Part shown: in pieces, positions 13,870-25,800 of the stretch
Layout of the letters: each line of letters opens with the position of its first letter
How positions within the stretch are numbered: position 1 is the stretch's first letter
Assembly (NCBI RefSeq): GCF_006345805.1
Contig: NC_042997.1
Span: 101,122,001-101,186,000 of the forward strand
Reading direction: 5' to 3'
Origin: Octopus sinensis
Taxonomy: Eukaryota
DNA: 64,000 nucleotides
Made by a program: the position numbers and the translations under genes
The notes under the pieces: generated by a model
What the model was told of the DNA's origin: nothing
The model's database searches: none
What the model saw: only the letters and a program-made list of their open reading frames with translations

Positions 13870-15530
13870 ACAGGCTCAAGTACTGATTAGCTACTTGCTT
13901 AACGATGTCGCTTATTTTTATACACCTGTGGCCTAACGTTCTTGCCACTTATCGTTCGACAATTGTCCAGATTTCCTATTTGTTGGCTGTCTGGGGACGT
14001 TAGTTATTTATCATCCATTCTGGTCACTTGTTATTGTTTGACAGTAATGTAGCTTCCCGGTTGGCTGACCCATTTAATGTACATTTGTTTAGGTCGCCTG
14101 AATGCTTAATAGCACAACATTTTTCCTTCTGAGTCCTATTTTAACCATAAACAAGCCAATTGATCAATCCTAGAGTGGTGTCAGCAAACAGCGTTGAAAA
14201 TATAATTAAATAGATGTTTGAAGTTAGGGTTTCGCATCCTGGAGGCTGCCCGTTTCCATAACTTTAGATCTACTTTTATTATTTTTGTTGTTTTAGTTGT
14301 TTTCACATTCTGCTTTTTTTTCATAAAGTATTTAGACTTGGTTCATATTACTTATTAAATGTATTTTCCGTATTTAATCGGAATTAAACTGCGGTGTTCT
14401 TGATAAAATGATAAAAGGGAAAATTTTGATACGTGGGATGTTTGATTGTTGGACGATTATTCAGATGGGAGCTTTTCGGTTTGAACGGCAGTTTTTTCTA
14501 GCGGTGTCATATGAAATTGCCACCCATAATTATGACCCTAGTATCGATCTATTGTATTTCAATCTGTTTTAGGGTTAGGGTTAGGGGTGGGGGGAAGGGT
14601 ATCTGTTTTCTTCACAAATGTAAATAAACCCAATCTGTTTCTTAAACGAGGGACATATTCATACGGCACAGAATGTTTTTTTTTTACCTCAATAGACGTA
14701 TTTGATTGGTTGAAATTGCAGAAATTGAAGAAAAAAAACAACAAATACCTTACAAACTATAGAATCTTCTCAATAAAGCCAAGAGAAAAAGATGTTTTAT
14801 AAACACATTCTACCAGTATACGAAGTTTAAAATTTTTTAGTTACCTAGAAATTATGTTAAAAACTGCCGTTCAAACCGAAAAGATCCTTCAGATGTTTGT
14901 CAATGGGTATTTTCTGGTACAGGGATCTTGTATCTGTTCACAATGGACCGTCATTCTGTGTATCATAGTTAATTCTGATTAAACCATGATGTCTTCATTA
15001 CACGCATTGCATTTGATAACATAAATCAGAATTTTTGATGCACAAATAAAGTTATATATAGTAAATGTATGACCTTCATATGCCGAGCTCTCTATGAGGT
15101 TGATGCAGATTCTTCTATTAGAGCGGTTCCATTGGGGCTGTATTTTTGGTGTGTTATTTCATATTGGTAATTTTAAAAAAGACTTTGGTTGCTTTTTATA
15201 CTTTTACTATTTGAGTGTGTGTATGTGTGTGTGTTTCGAGTGCTCTTTTTCATTCGTGAGCCGTTCATCAAACTAGGAATGTTCTGATGCCTGTTGCATG
15301 ATTCAATGTTTTTTAGATTGTGTGTTGATATGTGAAATAAACTATTCAATGTATCAGGTTTTTAATTTCTTTTCGTAATTCTTGAATTTCTATTGTTTCT
15401 GCATATTCTACTCCGTTATTGCTTAAAATAACTGGATATTGTCTCTCGAATAAAATACTTTAAAATTTTTATAGTCATTTCTTCCGGGTTTTTGGATGGG
15501 ATACAATTGTACAGATTCTGCTTTCTGGAT
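13870..15530 (-). mobile_element. Penelope-like element 3' fragment (GIY-YIG endonuclease), split by a MITE
   Basis: FICASKILIYVIKCNACNEDIMV*SELTMIHRMTVHCEQIQDP (14890-15075) and FPFYHF...ENTFNK*YEPSLN (14350-14450) match the PLE GIY-YIG domain. Confidence 0.75.
14468..14887. mobile_element. MITE with about 28-bp TIRs and an 8-bp TSD (Merlin-like)
   Basis: TIR gga(g/t)cttttcggtttgaacggcagtttt; TSD ttcagatg at 14460 and 14888. Confidence 0.85.
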
Positions 15531-16389
15531 TATTGTGGTTATGTACAGACAGAGGAACCAAGGGAAATGACTAGCCCGGGCAGTTCAGGTCTGGGGCATA
15601 AACAAGCAAATACGAATAAGAAAAGGTGGTATGTAGTAACACATGTAAAAGCACCGCCATAGAGCGAAAAAAAAACGGAGTTTAAAGGTGCCATAAGGAT
15701 TAAATTACCAGCTGAACGTTACCCGGAACGCATAAATGGAGTGGTGATTGACAAGGAAAGGTTGAAGAACTATTTGAAGGTGATGTGAACCCTTTGGGGG
15801 AAGAAACTGAATTTGAAGAACTACCAAAAGTAGTAACATACGAGGAGTTAATACCTCTAATGAATGGTAATAAAGGAGTACATTAAAGGAAAAAAAAGGA
15901 AAGAAAAAAGAAAAAGACTTTTTAACAAAGGAGAAAAAGAAAAGAAAAAGGAAATAAATTTAAATTTAAAAAAAACGGTGAAAAAGATGAAAAAAGAAAA
16001 AAGAAAACTTTCAGAATTTATATAAATTAACAGTAAAACGGTACTGCTTGAGAAGTGGGGTTCAATGCAGCCATTTCATTATTATCATATCGTTATACAT
16101 TTGTTTTCATTTTCATTCGTTTTATGTTTTATATCCCCACAGTAGTGTTTTGTCTGTTCTTATGCTGTCCTCTCTATGTTATGGCATGGGCGCCAAATAA
16201 AGAAACGCAGAAGCAAGACAGCTGCGACATAAGCCACGTCTTCTTATTTGAACATTTTGAAAATCAGTATAAACTGTGAAACCGCTTAAAGCTTTAAATA
16301 TATTATTAAAAAACATTTTAACTATTCTCAGTGCATTCTCAACTTCTGTTTTTCCTATATTTCTACCCGTGTGGAATAAAATAACTTTG

Positions 16390-16439
<50 letters not shown>

Positions 16440-16584
16440 TATATATATATAGTAATACTAAGTAATTAAGGGTTTAGCAACGATTTGCCTCACCACACAC
16501 CGAATTTAGAAATAGCAGTCAAAAGAGTTTTGGCTATTCTTTCTACTTAAAAGGGAGATCCCAGTAAAACCATAGCACTTAAAA

Positions 16585-16629
<45 letters not shown>

Positions 16630-16658
16630 ATACTCGCTAAAGAGGCCTTAAGGCAACA

Positions 16659-16732
16659 GGTTTTGGGATCTGATGATACGTCATAAAGCTAAGCACTTTA
16701 TGAACGTAAAACCTAAAATAATCCCATAAACC
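16659..16732 (+). ncRNA. Type-I hammerhead, probably inactivated (G12 to A, G16.2 to A)
   Basis: ggtttt GGGAT CTGATGA t ACGTCATAAAG ctaagca CTTTATGaACGT AAAAC ctaaa ATA ATCCC ataaacc. Confidence 0.6.
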
Positions 16733-16739
16733 GTTGGGT

Positions 16740-17130
16740 CACCAATATTTCAATGGCATCTTACTTTCGAAACATTTTCCCCATTTGCCGGTTTGGCTAT
16801 TTGTAATAGTACTCGAAAAAACTGTGTACCTCGGTAGCCCGTGGTCCGATTTACGCAAAACTTATTCCATTTGTATTCGCACGAGCATCCGATTCATGAT
16901 GTCGCCTGCTTTTGTCGCTTTCCCTTCGTTTCGCCAGACGCTCAGCTCTCCAAGCGTCCGATTCCTGATTGCTCCTGCTTCTGTCTCTTTCCCCCTCTTC
17001 CACCAGACGCTCAAGCCTTGCTTTATCAGTTTCATCGGGTACTTTATCGCAAATAGCTGTTATGTGGTAGCAGAGTGTGCTAGAAATAACAGCTAAATCT
17101 TTAGAGGGGAGATACGTTGAATGCACTCGA
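16740..17130 (-). mobile_element. Helitron-like N-terminal fragment with 23-aa STPR-type repeats
   Basis: ORF 16851-17126: ETDKARLERLVEEGERDRSRSNQ / ESDAWRAERLAKRRESDKSRRHH / ES, a 23-residue period. Confidence 0.55.
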
Positions 17131-17579
17131 AATAAACTTATGGAAAAAATATTTCACACGAAGGTTACGAATGCATCTTTTACGAAATATTTACCCTATT
17201 TCGAAAGTCATTTTCACTTTAAAATATTTTTAAAATATGCCAAAAGATTTTTGTTATGATATTCACATGAAAATAATTTTTTTAAAAATCATTAAAATAT
17301 TGTCTGTTTAAAGAAAGCTAGAATATAAATTCTTATTGTACAAACAACTTACATTTTTGAAATCACATTCACTTAATGATATTTCTGAGTGATTAGAATA
17401 TTGTTTTTAACAAAAGCGAAAATAGAAACATTTACAGTAAAAAAAAAAATCGTATATTTTTTCGTTGGTAAGTTAAAGTCACTAATGTGTCTAATCGAAA
17501 GGTTAGAGTTTCTTTCCTTTCAGGGTTAAGTTATTTTCGGAATATTTTCCCATTATGCACCGTTTTAGGTATTTATAAT

Positions 17580-18383
17580 ACCGTTTCGCTGACGACATCG
17601 TACTCATCGCTGAAAACACGGATCAGCTTCAGACCATGCTGACGGAGCTCGACATCAAAAGCTCTGCAGTAGTTCTCAAGATGAACCGCATGAAAACAAA
17701 GTTCATGCGGTCAGACAACGTACCAACAGGTCGAATGGTGATCGGCAGTGATGAAATAGAGGAGGTAAGGGAATATGTCTACCTGGGACAGGAAGTGAAT
17801 ATGTGCCGAGATATCGAAAAGGAGATCTCACGGAGAGTAAGGGCCGGATGGAAGGCGTTTAATGGCATAAGGGATGTGCTCAAGGGAAGGTTGGACGGGA
17901 CCACCCGCGCCAACCTCATTAACAGTGCAGTTCTGCCTGCAATGTTATATGGCAGTGAAACATGGGCTACCACAAAGAGAGAAGAGCAAAGACTGGTAAC
18001 GGCTCAAAGAGCCATGGAAAGGTCAATGCTTGGTATCTCGTTGAGAGAGCACATCAGTAGCGAGATCATCAGAAAGAAGTCCAGCGTGAGAGATGTCATC
18101 GCAGAGTATATACGCAGCAAGTATAGATGGGCTGGACACGTCGCCCGGCTCACCGATAATCGGTGGGCCCACGCAGTTGTCGAGTGGTACTCGTGCGAGC
18201 GGAAAAGACCACCCGATGACCTCCACGACGGTGGAGCTACGATTTCAGGAGGACGATTGGGATCACGTGGATGAGAAAGGCGCGATCCAGAGAGGAGTGG
18301 ACAGCGTGCTGTGACCAGCGGTGTCAAATGGACGCCTGACGGATTTGTCGGTCAAGGTGATATCAAGGTCAAGGTCAAGGTGA
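17580..18383 (+). mobile_element. RTE-clade LINE, 5'-truncated, with an (AAGGTC)-type tail
   Basis: RFADDIVLIAE, YVYLGQ, LPAMLYGSETW, WAGHVAR; ORF 17636-18274. Confidence 0.93.
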
Positions 18384-18460
18384 TAATACCAAAACACCCA
18401 ATATCTCAAGAGCCACTTGTCCAGCTTACACGAAACTTCCGCTTACATTACTATGAACGG

Positions 18461-18533
18461 ATGCACTGAAGAAGCACGGACATTTGGATTGCATTAGTAA
18501 TTCTCTTGTTAAGGCTGAAACCGAGGTATGCAT
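18461..18533 (+). ncRNA. Intact type-I hammerhead ribozyme (GUA)
   Basis: ATGCA CTGAAGA AGC..GCT GAAAC CGAG GTA TGCAT; outer helix AACGG/CTGTT. Confidence 0.85.
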
Positions 18534-19001
18534 TTAATTCTGTTTTTTATATAAATTTTCATCTGTCATGCCCGCCAAAGTTGGTTCTGGTGTTCGCTGT
18601 ATTTTTCCCTCTAGAGAATTTCCTTGTAGTTTGACCGTTGATGGTCTATTTCTAGCATACGGCCGACTCCCTAGTAGTAAGCCCTGCCAATATACACATA
18701 TATTAGAATTTTCTCTGACTCCTCAGATTTTTGTATGCTGGACTACTGGTTTTAAATTGATATTAAAATTAATATTAATTTATCTCCCTCATTATTTAAA
18801 TATTGAAATAAATACGTTCTCTAGTACTAAGTACGAACCGCAGTGAATTATTTACTGCAGCCCTTCGCCTCAGAAATTTATTAGCGCGCCAGAATCAAGA
18901 CATTTGAAATTTTATCACTAGTGTAATCGGTAAAGCTACACACGTGTCTGTACTGGCACGAAAGGTGGGGTTAGCTTTTCCGCTTACATTACTATGAACG
19001 G

Positions 19002-19074
19002 ATGCACTGAAGAAGCACGGACATTTGGATTGCATTAGTAATTCTCTTGTTAAGGCTGAAACCGAGGTATGCAT
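19002..19074 (+). ncRNA. Intact type-I hammerhead ribozyme (GUA), second copy
   Basis: Identical to 18461-18533. Confidence 0.85.
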
Positions 19075-19337
19075 TTAATTCTGTTTTTTATATAAATTTT
19101 CATCTGTCATGCCCGCCAAAGTTGGTTCTGGTGTTCGCTGTATTTTTCCCTCTAGAGAATTTCCTTGTAGTTTGACCGTTGATGGTCTATTTCTAGCATA
19201 CGGCCGACTCCCTAGCAGTAAGCCCTGCCAATATACACATATATTAGAATTTTCTCTGACTCCTCAGATTTTTGTATGCTGGACTACTGGTTTTAAATTG
19301 ATATTAAAATTAATATTAATTTATCTCCCTCATTATT

Positions 19338-19385
<48 letters not shown>

Positions 19386-19843
19386 AGATCAGGTTTACAT
19401 ATTATTTATTTCTGCTATATTTATAATTGCATTTATCTCAATAAATATAATTATTTATATTTCACTGTATATCTAATAATTTTTTTATATGAACTTAGGT
19501 TACATTAATTCAATGCAGCATTAAAAAATAAAAGTTCGTTGCTTCTGGGATAAAATAAATCAGAAACTTGTGTGCCAAATTTGCTGGAAAACCGAAAATA
19601 TAAATAATCATGAAAATTTTTTGTATTTTTTTCTCATTGCAAATATCTACTTCTCGTTAGCTTTTTAATGAGCTGAACTATGCGTTAAACATGTTAGCCT
19701 TCATATATCTAATATATTTAATTTATATTTAAAATAAATAGTAAAAGGAACATGAACGCTTGAGATATACTTCACCTTCAAAATTATTGACAAATGTACT
19801 TCTAAAAAAGTCGATATATACGTAAATACATACATACATGCGT

Positions 19844-19893
<50 letters not shown>

Positions 19894-20149
19894 ACACACA
19901 CACACTAGGTTGTGATAATGAAGTCAAACCCAAATAGTGATATTTTGAAATTTAATACGTATATATCAGGTTTGCGTAATGTATAATAGGAAATGCATCC
20001 ATTATATAAACCTTCTTTAGTTAAAACATTTCAAAATATGAAGGAATTAATGGAAATATTTTGGAACTTATTGTTATAGCAGTAAGTCGGCTACTAAAGT
20101 TAGAAGGATGGACATGTATATAGAGCGGGAAAACATACATACATATGCC

Positions 20150-20219
20150 AAAATGATGCGGACGCCTCTGATGAGAACCTAATAAGGTTCGAAAATCGAT
20201 GAAAGTTGTTCATCCTTTT
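20150..20219 (+). ncRNA. Type-I hammerhead with U16.1 mutated
   Basis: cct CTGATGA GAACCT aata AGGTTC GAAA A tcga TG A. Confidence 0.6.
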
Positions 20220-20454
20220 TTACAGTCTGCGGAGAAATGGCTAAAATTTGCCCTGTTTGTAATTATACCATTTGTTACATACTTATTATATCATACCTTG
20301 ATACTGTGTGGACTAAGATCCCCGTTGACAAGCCGCTGGTATTTATAGAGTGTTAAACACTTTCGGTACGTAAATTAGGAACTCCTTCATAGAGTAACTG
20401 CTGCATTTGTTGAGTATAAAAACAGTTTGGCTGATTGTTTCTTTGGTGGCTGTC

Positions 20455-20523
20455 AAAATGATGTGACGCTTCTGATGAGAACACCATAGGGTTCGAAAAT
20501 CAATTAAGGTCGTTCATCATTTT
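20455..20523 (+). ncRNA. Type-I hammerhead (UUA triplet)
   Basis: AAAATGATG..ctt CTGATGA GAAC..GTTC GAAA A tcaa TTA agg..CATCATTTT. Confidence 0.75.
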
Positions 20524-20577
20524 CTTTTCAGTGTGCGGAGAAATGGCTAAAATTTGCCCTGTTTATCATTATACCAT

Positions 20578-20635
<58 letters not shown>

Positions 20636-21249
20636 ATATTATTTGAGTAGTTGAATGAATTATCTTATTAAGGATAATTCGAATTAACCGATACCTGGGT
20701 AGCAAATTCACATCAGAAAAAACACGGTTGAAGTTACGTGCCTAGGGCATAGATTACCACACACACAGGCACTCATTTACAAAAGAAATTAACAAAATCT
20801 ACCTTTCATATGACCTGCACCCTTTCACCTTCCTATTTTTATGCCTCTCTCCTCCAACTTCGTTTGAACCCTTGAACCTTTAGAACCTTCTAGATTCTTC
20901 TACATTCAACCACTTTGACGTCACTCCTTATAAAGGAATATTTTAAAGAGACACTCATTATCGCTATGGGCTCCGTGTGAGCAATCATCTAAAAGTTTTT
21001 TGTGTATTTTGATGTTGACATAAGTTCCTTGCTTTTCCTGAAGAGAAAGCGGCATAATGTACTCCTTATTCCTTCGCAATTAGGAATATGCAGCCTTCGA
21101 AACATATGTCGAAAATAAAGGAATTTTGTTAATTCGTCGTTCAGCTCCACTCTTTCATATATTTATATATATATATCGTCATTAGTTAATATAACCGATA
21201 AAGAAGTACATTCAAAAACATTAGAGCTAAGTACTTTATAGGTACAAAA

Positions 21250-21655
21250 CTAATGGTCACTCTGTCCTACGAAGAAAGGCTGAGGACGCTCGACCTTTAT
21301 TCTCTTGAAAAACGCCGCCGCCGTGGTGATCTCATTCTCGCCCACAACATCATAAGCGGAAAGTGTAACCTCTCGAAAGAGCTGTTCTTCACTCCTGCTC
21401 CAGAGCGTCGGCTGCGGGGTCATTCCGAAAAGCTCTACCTGCGACGATTTCATCTCAATCGAAGGAGAGGAGCTTTCTCCGTCCGGGTTGCGGATCCGTG
21501 GAACAAGCTGCCAGACAAGATGGTGAAGATGCCGACGACCGCTTTGTTCAAAGCCTCCCTGGACCTCAAGTGGCTTGAACTCTTTACATGAACACCACCC
21601 TGTACTTAACTTCATATCCCCCTACATGGCCTTGCTATTTGCTTTTGAGCCAAAT

Positions 21656-21695
<40 letters not shown>
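21250..21695 (+). mobile_element. CR1-clade LINE 3' end with an (AACT)n tail
   Basis: LSYEERLRTLDLYSLEKRRRRGDLI...RLRGH...FSVRVADPWNKLP; ORF 21253-21591. Confidence 0.93.
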
Positions 21696-22807
21696 AATTT
21701 ACCTTCTAAACGCTTACACACACACACACATATATATATATTAAATTTCTGAGCTGAAAACAGAAATACACTGTAGGGTATAGTATATTGTATATATTTT
21801 GTTAAAACCTTTCACTCTTATTAAAGCAAAAATATTTTATGGAGCTCACTTCATATCAATTACGGACTATAACAGAGGTTTTGATCCGTTCGCTTACATG
21901 CAGATATTGCTAAAAGACCAATATCTGTTGCTAAGGAAAATTATATGAAAATTACATAAAAAAAGAGCTCTGAAATTGCAATTAAATATAAATATTTCAT
22001 GATATCGCGTCTTAGCAAAAGCCGGATATACCTACTGGCACAAGAAAGATGGTAATTAAATTGGAAAGAGTGCCAATGTAACCATATTGGCAGAGACATA
22101 GATGGTACATACACATACACATCCTGAAGACAGTTTCTCAAAATAAATAGAGCTACAATAATTTTGTATATGTCTTTCCAGGCATCAATACTTACAATAA
22201 AAGATGTCAAATCACAAAGATATTCAAGATACATTAAGGACTATAAACACCAACTGTCTGATGGAAGTACGTTTCAGTTTCAAAATATGAAATCATTTAT
22301 CAGATGGAAGAAACACTTCAAATGTTTTTTTTTTTAATAATTAAAAGCATAAAAATAAATAAAACATGAGAAATATCCCTAATATGTAGCCAAGCAACAG
22401 ATAATCCCAATTATTGTGTATGCATTATGTTTAACAAAGATATTTCGATTTTGTTTTACGATTTTTTTGTGTGTGTAATACTAATTTGTTTTAGATATAT
22501 TTATAGTAGCTTTATTTCAAAGTCTGTCAAATCGTTACCAACTATCTATAGCAAACATATTCACATTGCAATGCAGAAATGTGAGAGCTATTTTTACTTT
22601 TCATCAGCTTAAATAAGATATACCGTTGCCTTGCCAGCCGATGATGCTGAATACAAAATTACAATCTAACAAATGTATTTTTCAAAAAATATGAAAGAAC
22701 AACATGCATCACTTTTAACATTTTCCCAATAATCTCAGTGATTTGAATAATGGATGAGGGATTAGTATATCTTGCTTTAATGGATAAGACAATATATTAC
22801 ACACACA

Positions 22808-22870
<63 letters not shown>

Positions 22871-23229
22871 TTCCGACACGTTACGACCGCTGACTCAGGG
22901 ATAAGCACTTTTTTGTATATTTCTTTTCTACCACTTCCTTCTTGACCTCTGCTTTCCTCTGCTCGATGTTGATATATTCACCGAAACCCATTTTCCTCCT
23001 CCTATATATTTCACTAGCACTAAGCCCACACTAAAATATTTGACAAATCCTTACACACCAACCCCACCTCTCATTTAACCCTGAAAACATCAACACACAA
23101 AAGTTCATGCAAAATATCAACCTGCACTGAACTCCAGTCTCCAATGTAGTCTGTCCTCAATTTTTGACACGTGGGACAAAGTAATATAGAAATCTGTTGG
23201 TCTATTGGTAGGAATGGGAACAGTTATCT

Positions 23230-23460
23230 TTTTATATTTTCCTTGTTTTGGGTATTGGACTGCGGTCATACTGCGGCCCTTCTATACCCCTCGCCCGAAG
23301 GGTGGAGTCGAACAAATCACACTCCTCCTACTGTACGTACATTTTGTTTAATGACTGATGCTTATTATATCGGTCGCTTCTGTTCAACTGCAAGGCTGCA
23401 GAGATGCAAGCAAACCAACTCCGATTGTCAAGAGGAGTGGGGACAAACAAAAAGCATACA
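23230..23460 (-). mobile_element. SINE family 3, 3' part
   Basis: Similar to the reverse complement of 46100-46310. Confidence 0.6.
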
Positions 23461-23704
23461 CATATATACATAATTTAACAGCCTCCACACACATACATTT
23501 GTATGTATGTATGTATGTACGTATGTGTGTGTGTATGTATGTATGTATGTATGTATGTATGTATGTATGTATTAATTTATGCATATGTGTATATCTGTAT
23601 ATATAGCGAGATGGCATCATTCAAAAGCAACTCCAATGCGAGGAAGTGTTTAGTGACCAGCGGTGTATGACAACATCCGATAGTCTGGTCGATACCGTGG
23701 TACA

Positions 23705-23794
<90 letters not shown>

Positions 23795-23837
23795 ATATAT
23801 ATATACATTATTTTCTCTCTGTTTATTTCTGTATTTA

Positions 23838-23872
23838 TTTCTGTTGAAGAGCATAGGCTCGAAACATAAAAG
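23838..23872 (+). ncRNA. Minimal type-I hammerhead variant (family P)
   Basis: ttt CTGTTGA A GAGC atag GCTC GAAAC ATA aaag; the sister copy at 24681 retains GAAACGTA. Confidence 0.55.
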
Positions 23873-23959
23873 ACTTTCTCATTTCCCGAGCGTTAAACTA
23901 ATACATCTGTTTGTTGTTTGCACACCCGTCTTCGTCTTTTGTTTTGTTTGTTCAAAATA

Positions 23960-24345
23960 ATTTTTCCTTCGTTCAGACTTAAGAGCCCTTATTGTTTGTG
24001 TTACTGTTATTCTCCTTGTCCTGTTTTTTACTGTTTTTATTTGTATTGTCTTTACTGTCCTGTTTTTGTTACCACTTTTACCCCTCTGCAAAAAATGTCA
24101 AATCTTATTTAATTTGCTTTGCTGGAAGGATTGTTTCAACTAAGTCGTGTCTCGCCTTTACATTCGAAACACGGAGTAGACAAAACAGAGGCGACTGAAG
24201 AAGGAGAATTTTTCTTGTATTGTATGTCTTGTACTCTGTTTTTTCGTTGTTTAAAAAGAATGTCCGTTTCCTTGATGTTGTTTTTATGTTTTCGTTTCTC
24301 ATTGTGTTCGACGCTTTTTGATGTCCTGTACCCATATATGCATGT
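23960..24345 (+). mobile_element. Non-coding repeat family J2 (homologous to 47040-47320, minus strand)
   Basis: Shared ttatttaatttgctttgc...cctgtaccca. Confidence 0.75.
24146..24210 (+). ncRNA. Candidate jumbled hammerhead J2a
   Basis: CGTGT-C-TCGCCT / acattc-GAAA-CACG / AGGCGA-CTGAAGA-agga-gaat. Confidence 0.55.
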
Positions 24346-24604
24346 ATATATACAAATAGATGTAGGTACGTACATATATGTATGTATATATGCATGTGTT
24401 TTATTTATTATTTTGTTATTATATATACATATGTAAGTACCATCTGCTGGCAATATATGTGCACAGAGTGCAGTGCTGCACCGATAACCAATTGGCGAAG
24501 ATCTACCTGGGTTTAAACTAATAGTAAAACATGGAACAGCCACTTTGATGTAGCGATTAACTTTACTTGTTAGCATAGTTACTACTCTCATCTCTTCTTG
24601 AGAT

Positions 24605-24649
<45 letters not shown>

Positions 24650-24791
24650 TGTATGTGTGTGTGTGTGTGAGTGTGTGTGTGAAACGTAAAAGACTTTCTC
24701 ATTTCCCGAGCGTTAAACTAATACATCTGTTTGTTGTTTACACACCCGCCTTCGTCTTTTGTTTTCTTTGTTTTTTTTTGTAAATTCCAAC

Positions 24792-24885
<94 letters not shown>

Positions 24886-25038
24886 TATGTATACACACGC
24901 ACACACACAAAATAAAACTAGCAAAAAATTACTTTTGTCTTCTCTCCTTGTGCTGTATGGGCATTTAATGTGGTTTTAGAGTTAGACTTTGGCTAATATT
25001 TTCAGCATGGTGGTATCTCGTAGATACAATAAATTATA

Positions 25039-25098
<60 letters not shown>

Positions 25099-25099
25099 A

Positions 25100-25196
<97 letters not shown>

Positions 25197-25301
25197 AGAT
25201 CGTTAGCCACTACACACATTAGCGTTATACTAATACGTCTGTTTGTTTTGTACACCACCTGTCTTCGTCTTTTGTTTTTTTCGTAAACTCTCCCTATATA
25301 C

Positions 25302-25386
<85 letters not shown>

Positions 25387-25394
25387 GTGTATAT

Positions 25395-25800
25395 GTCTTT
25401 GTGTCTGTGTTTGTTCCCCCACTATCGATTGACAACCGATGTTGGTGAGGTTACGTCCCAGTAACCTAGCGGTTTGGGAAAAAAGATCGATAGATTAAGT
25501 GCTAGATCCTATAAAGAATGGGGTCGATTTCCCTGGCTAAAAAAAAACCTTTAAAGAGGTGCTCCAGAATAGCCACAGTCAAGTAATTGAAACAAGTAAA
25601 AGAATAAAAGAATGTGTGTGTGTGTGTGTATTTTATACGTACTCGATGGGCTTCCACACAGTAACCGCGCACCAACTTTATTCACAATTCATTAATCGGT
25701 TCTGGGTTATAACATAAAGCACTTGCCTAAGATGCCACGTAGTGGGACTGAACCTGAAATAAAATGGTTGCAAAACGAGCTTCTTAATCACGTTGTCATG
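25395..25800. mobile_element. SINE family 3 pieces (3' part on +, 5' part on -)
   Basis: Match to 45820-46310. Confidence 0.7.

Larger units (their letters stand above)
18437..19341 (+). mobile_element. Head-to-tail 541-bp non-coding repeat (1.7 copies, family K) ending at (TA)n
   Basis: 18437-18800 is almost identical to 18978-19341. Confidence 0.9.
20147..20578 (+). mobile_element. Element with about 125-bp direct repeats 304 bp apart, ending at (TA)n
   Basis: caaaatgatg...ctgatgagaac...gcggagaaatggctaaaatttgccctgttt occurs twice. Confidence 0.8.
23800..25295 (+). repeat. Three dispersed copies of the family P repeat (23800-23960, 24681-24790, 25200-25295) among (TA)/(TG) arrays
   Basis: aaaagactttctcatttcccgagcgttaaactaatacatctg and cacc(c/t)gtcttcgtcttttg are repeated. 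Confidence 0.8.

Noticed and set aside
14575-14592. Interstitial telomere (TTAGGG)
   Set aside because: Only 2-3 units, internal to a MITE and present in both copies.
17589-17600. CTGACGA as a hammerhead core
   Set aside because: It is part of the RTE FADD codons, with no stem II or GAAA.
18568-19426. Duplicated ORF MPAKVGSGVRCIF... as a tandem gene pair
   Set aside because: It lies inside the 541-bp non-coding repeat, shows no recognisable domain, and the second copy runs into (TA)n.
20650-20730. Minus-strand CTGATGT-GAATT...AATTC-GAATT as a hammerhead
   Set aside because: Several core mismatches and no stem I; at most a fossil, so not called.
22182-22266. Small plus-strand exon (tttccag|...GAA|gtacgt; ASILTIKDVKSQ...)
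   Set aside because: 85 nt with one open frame is expected by chance, and there is no recognisable homology or compatible neighbouring exon set.
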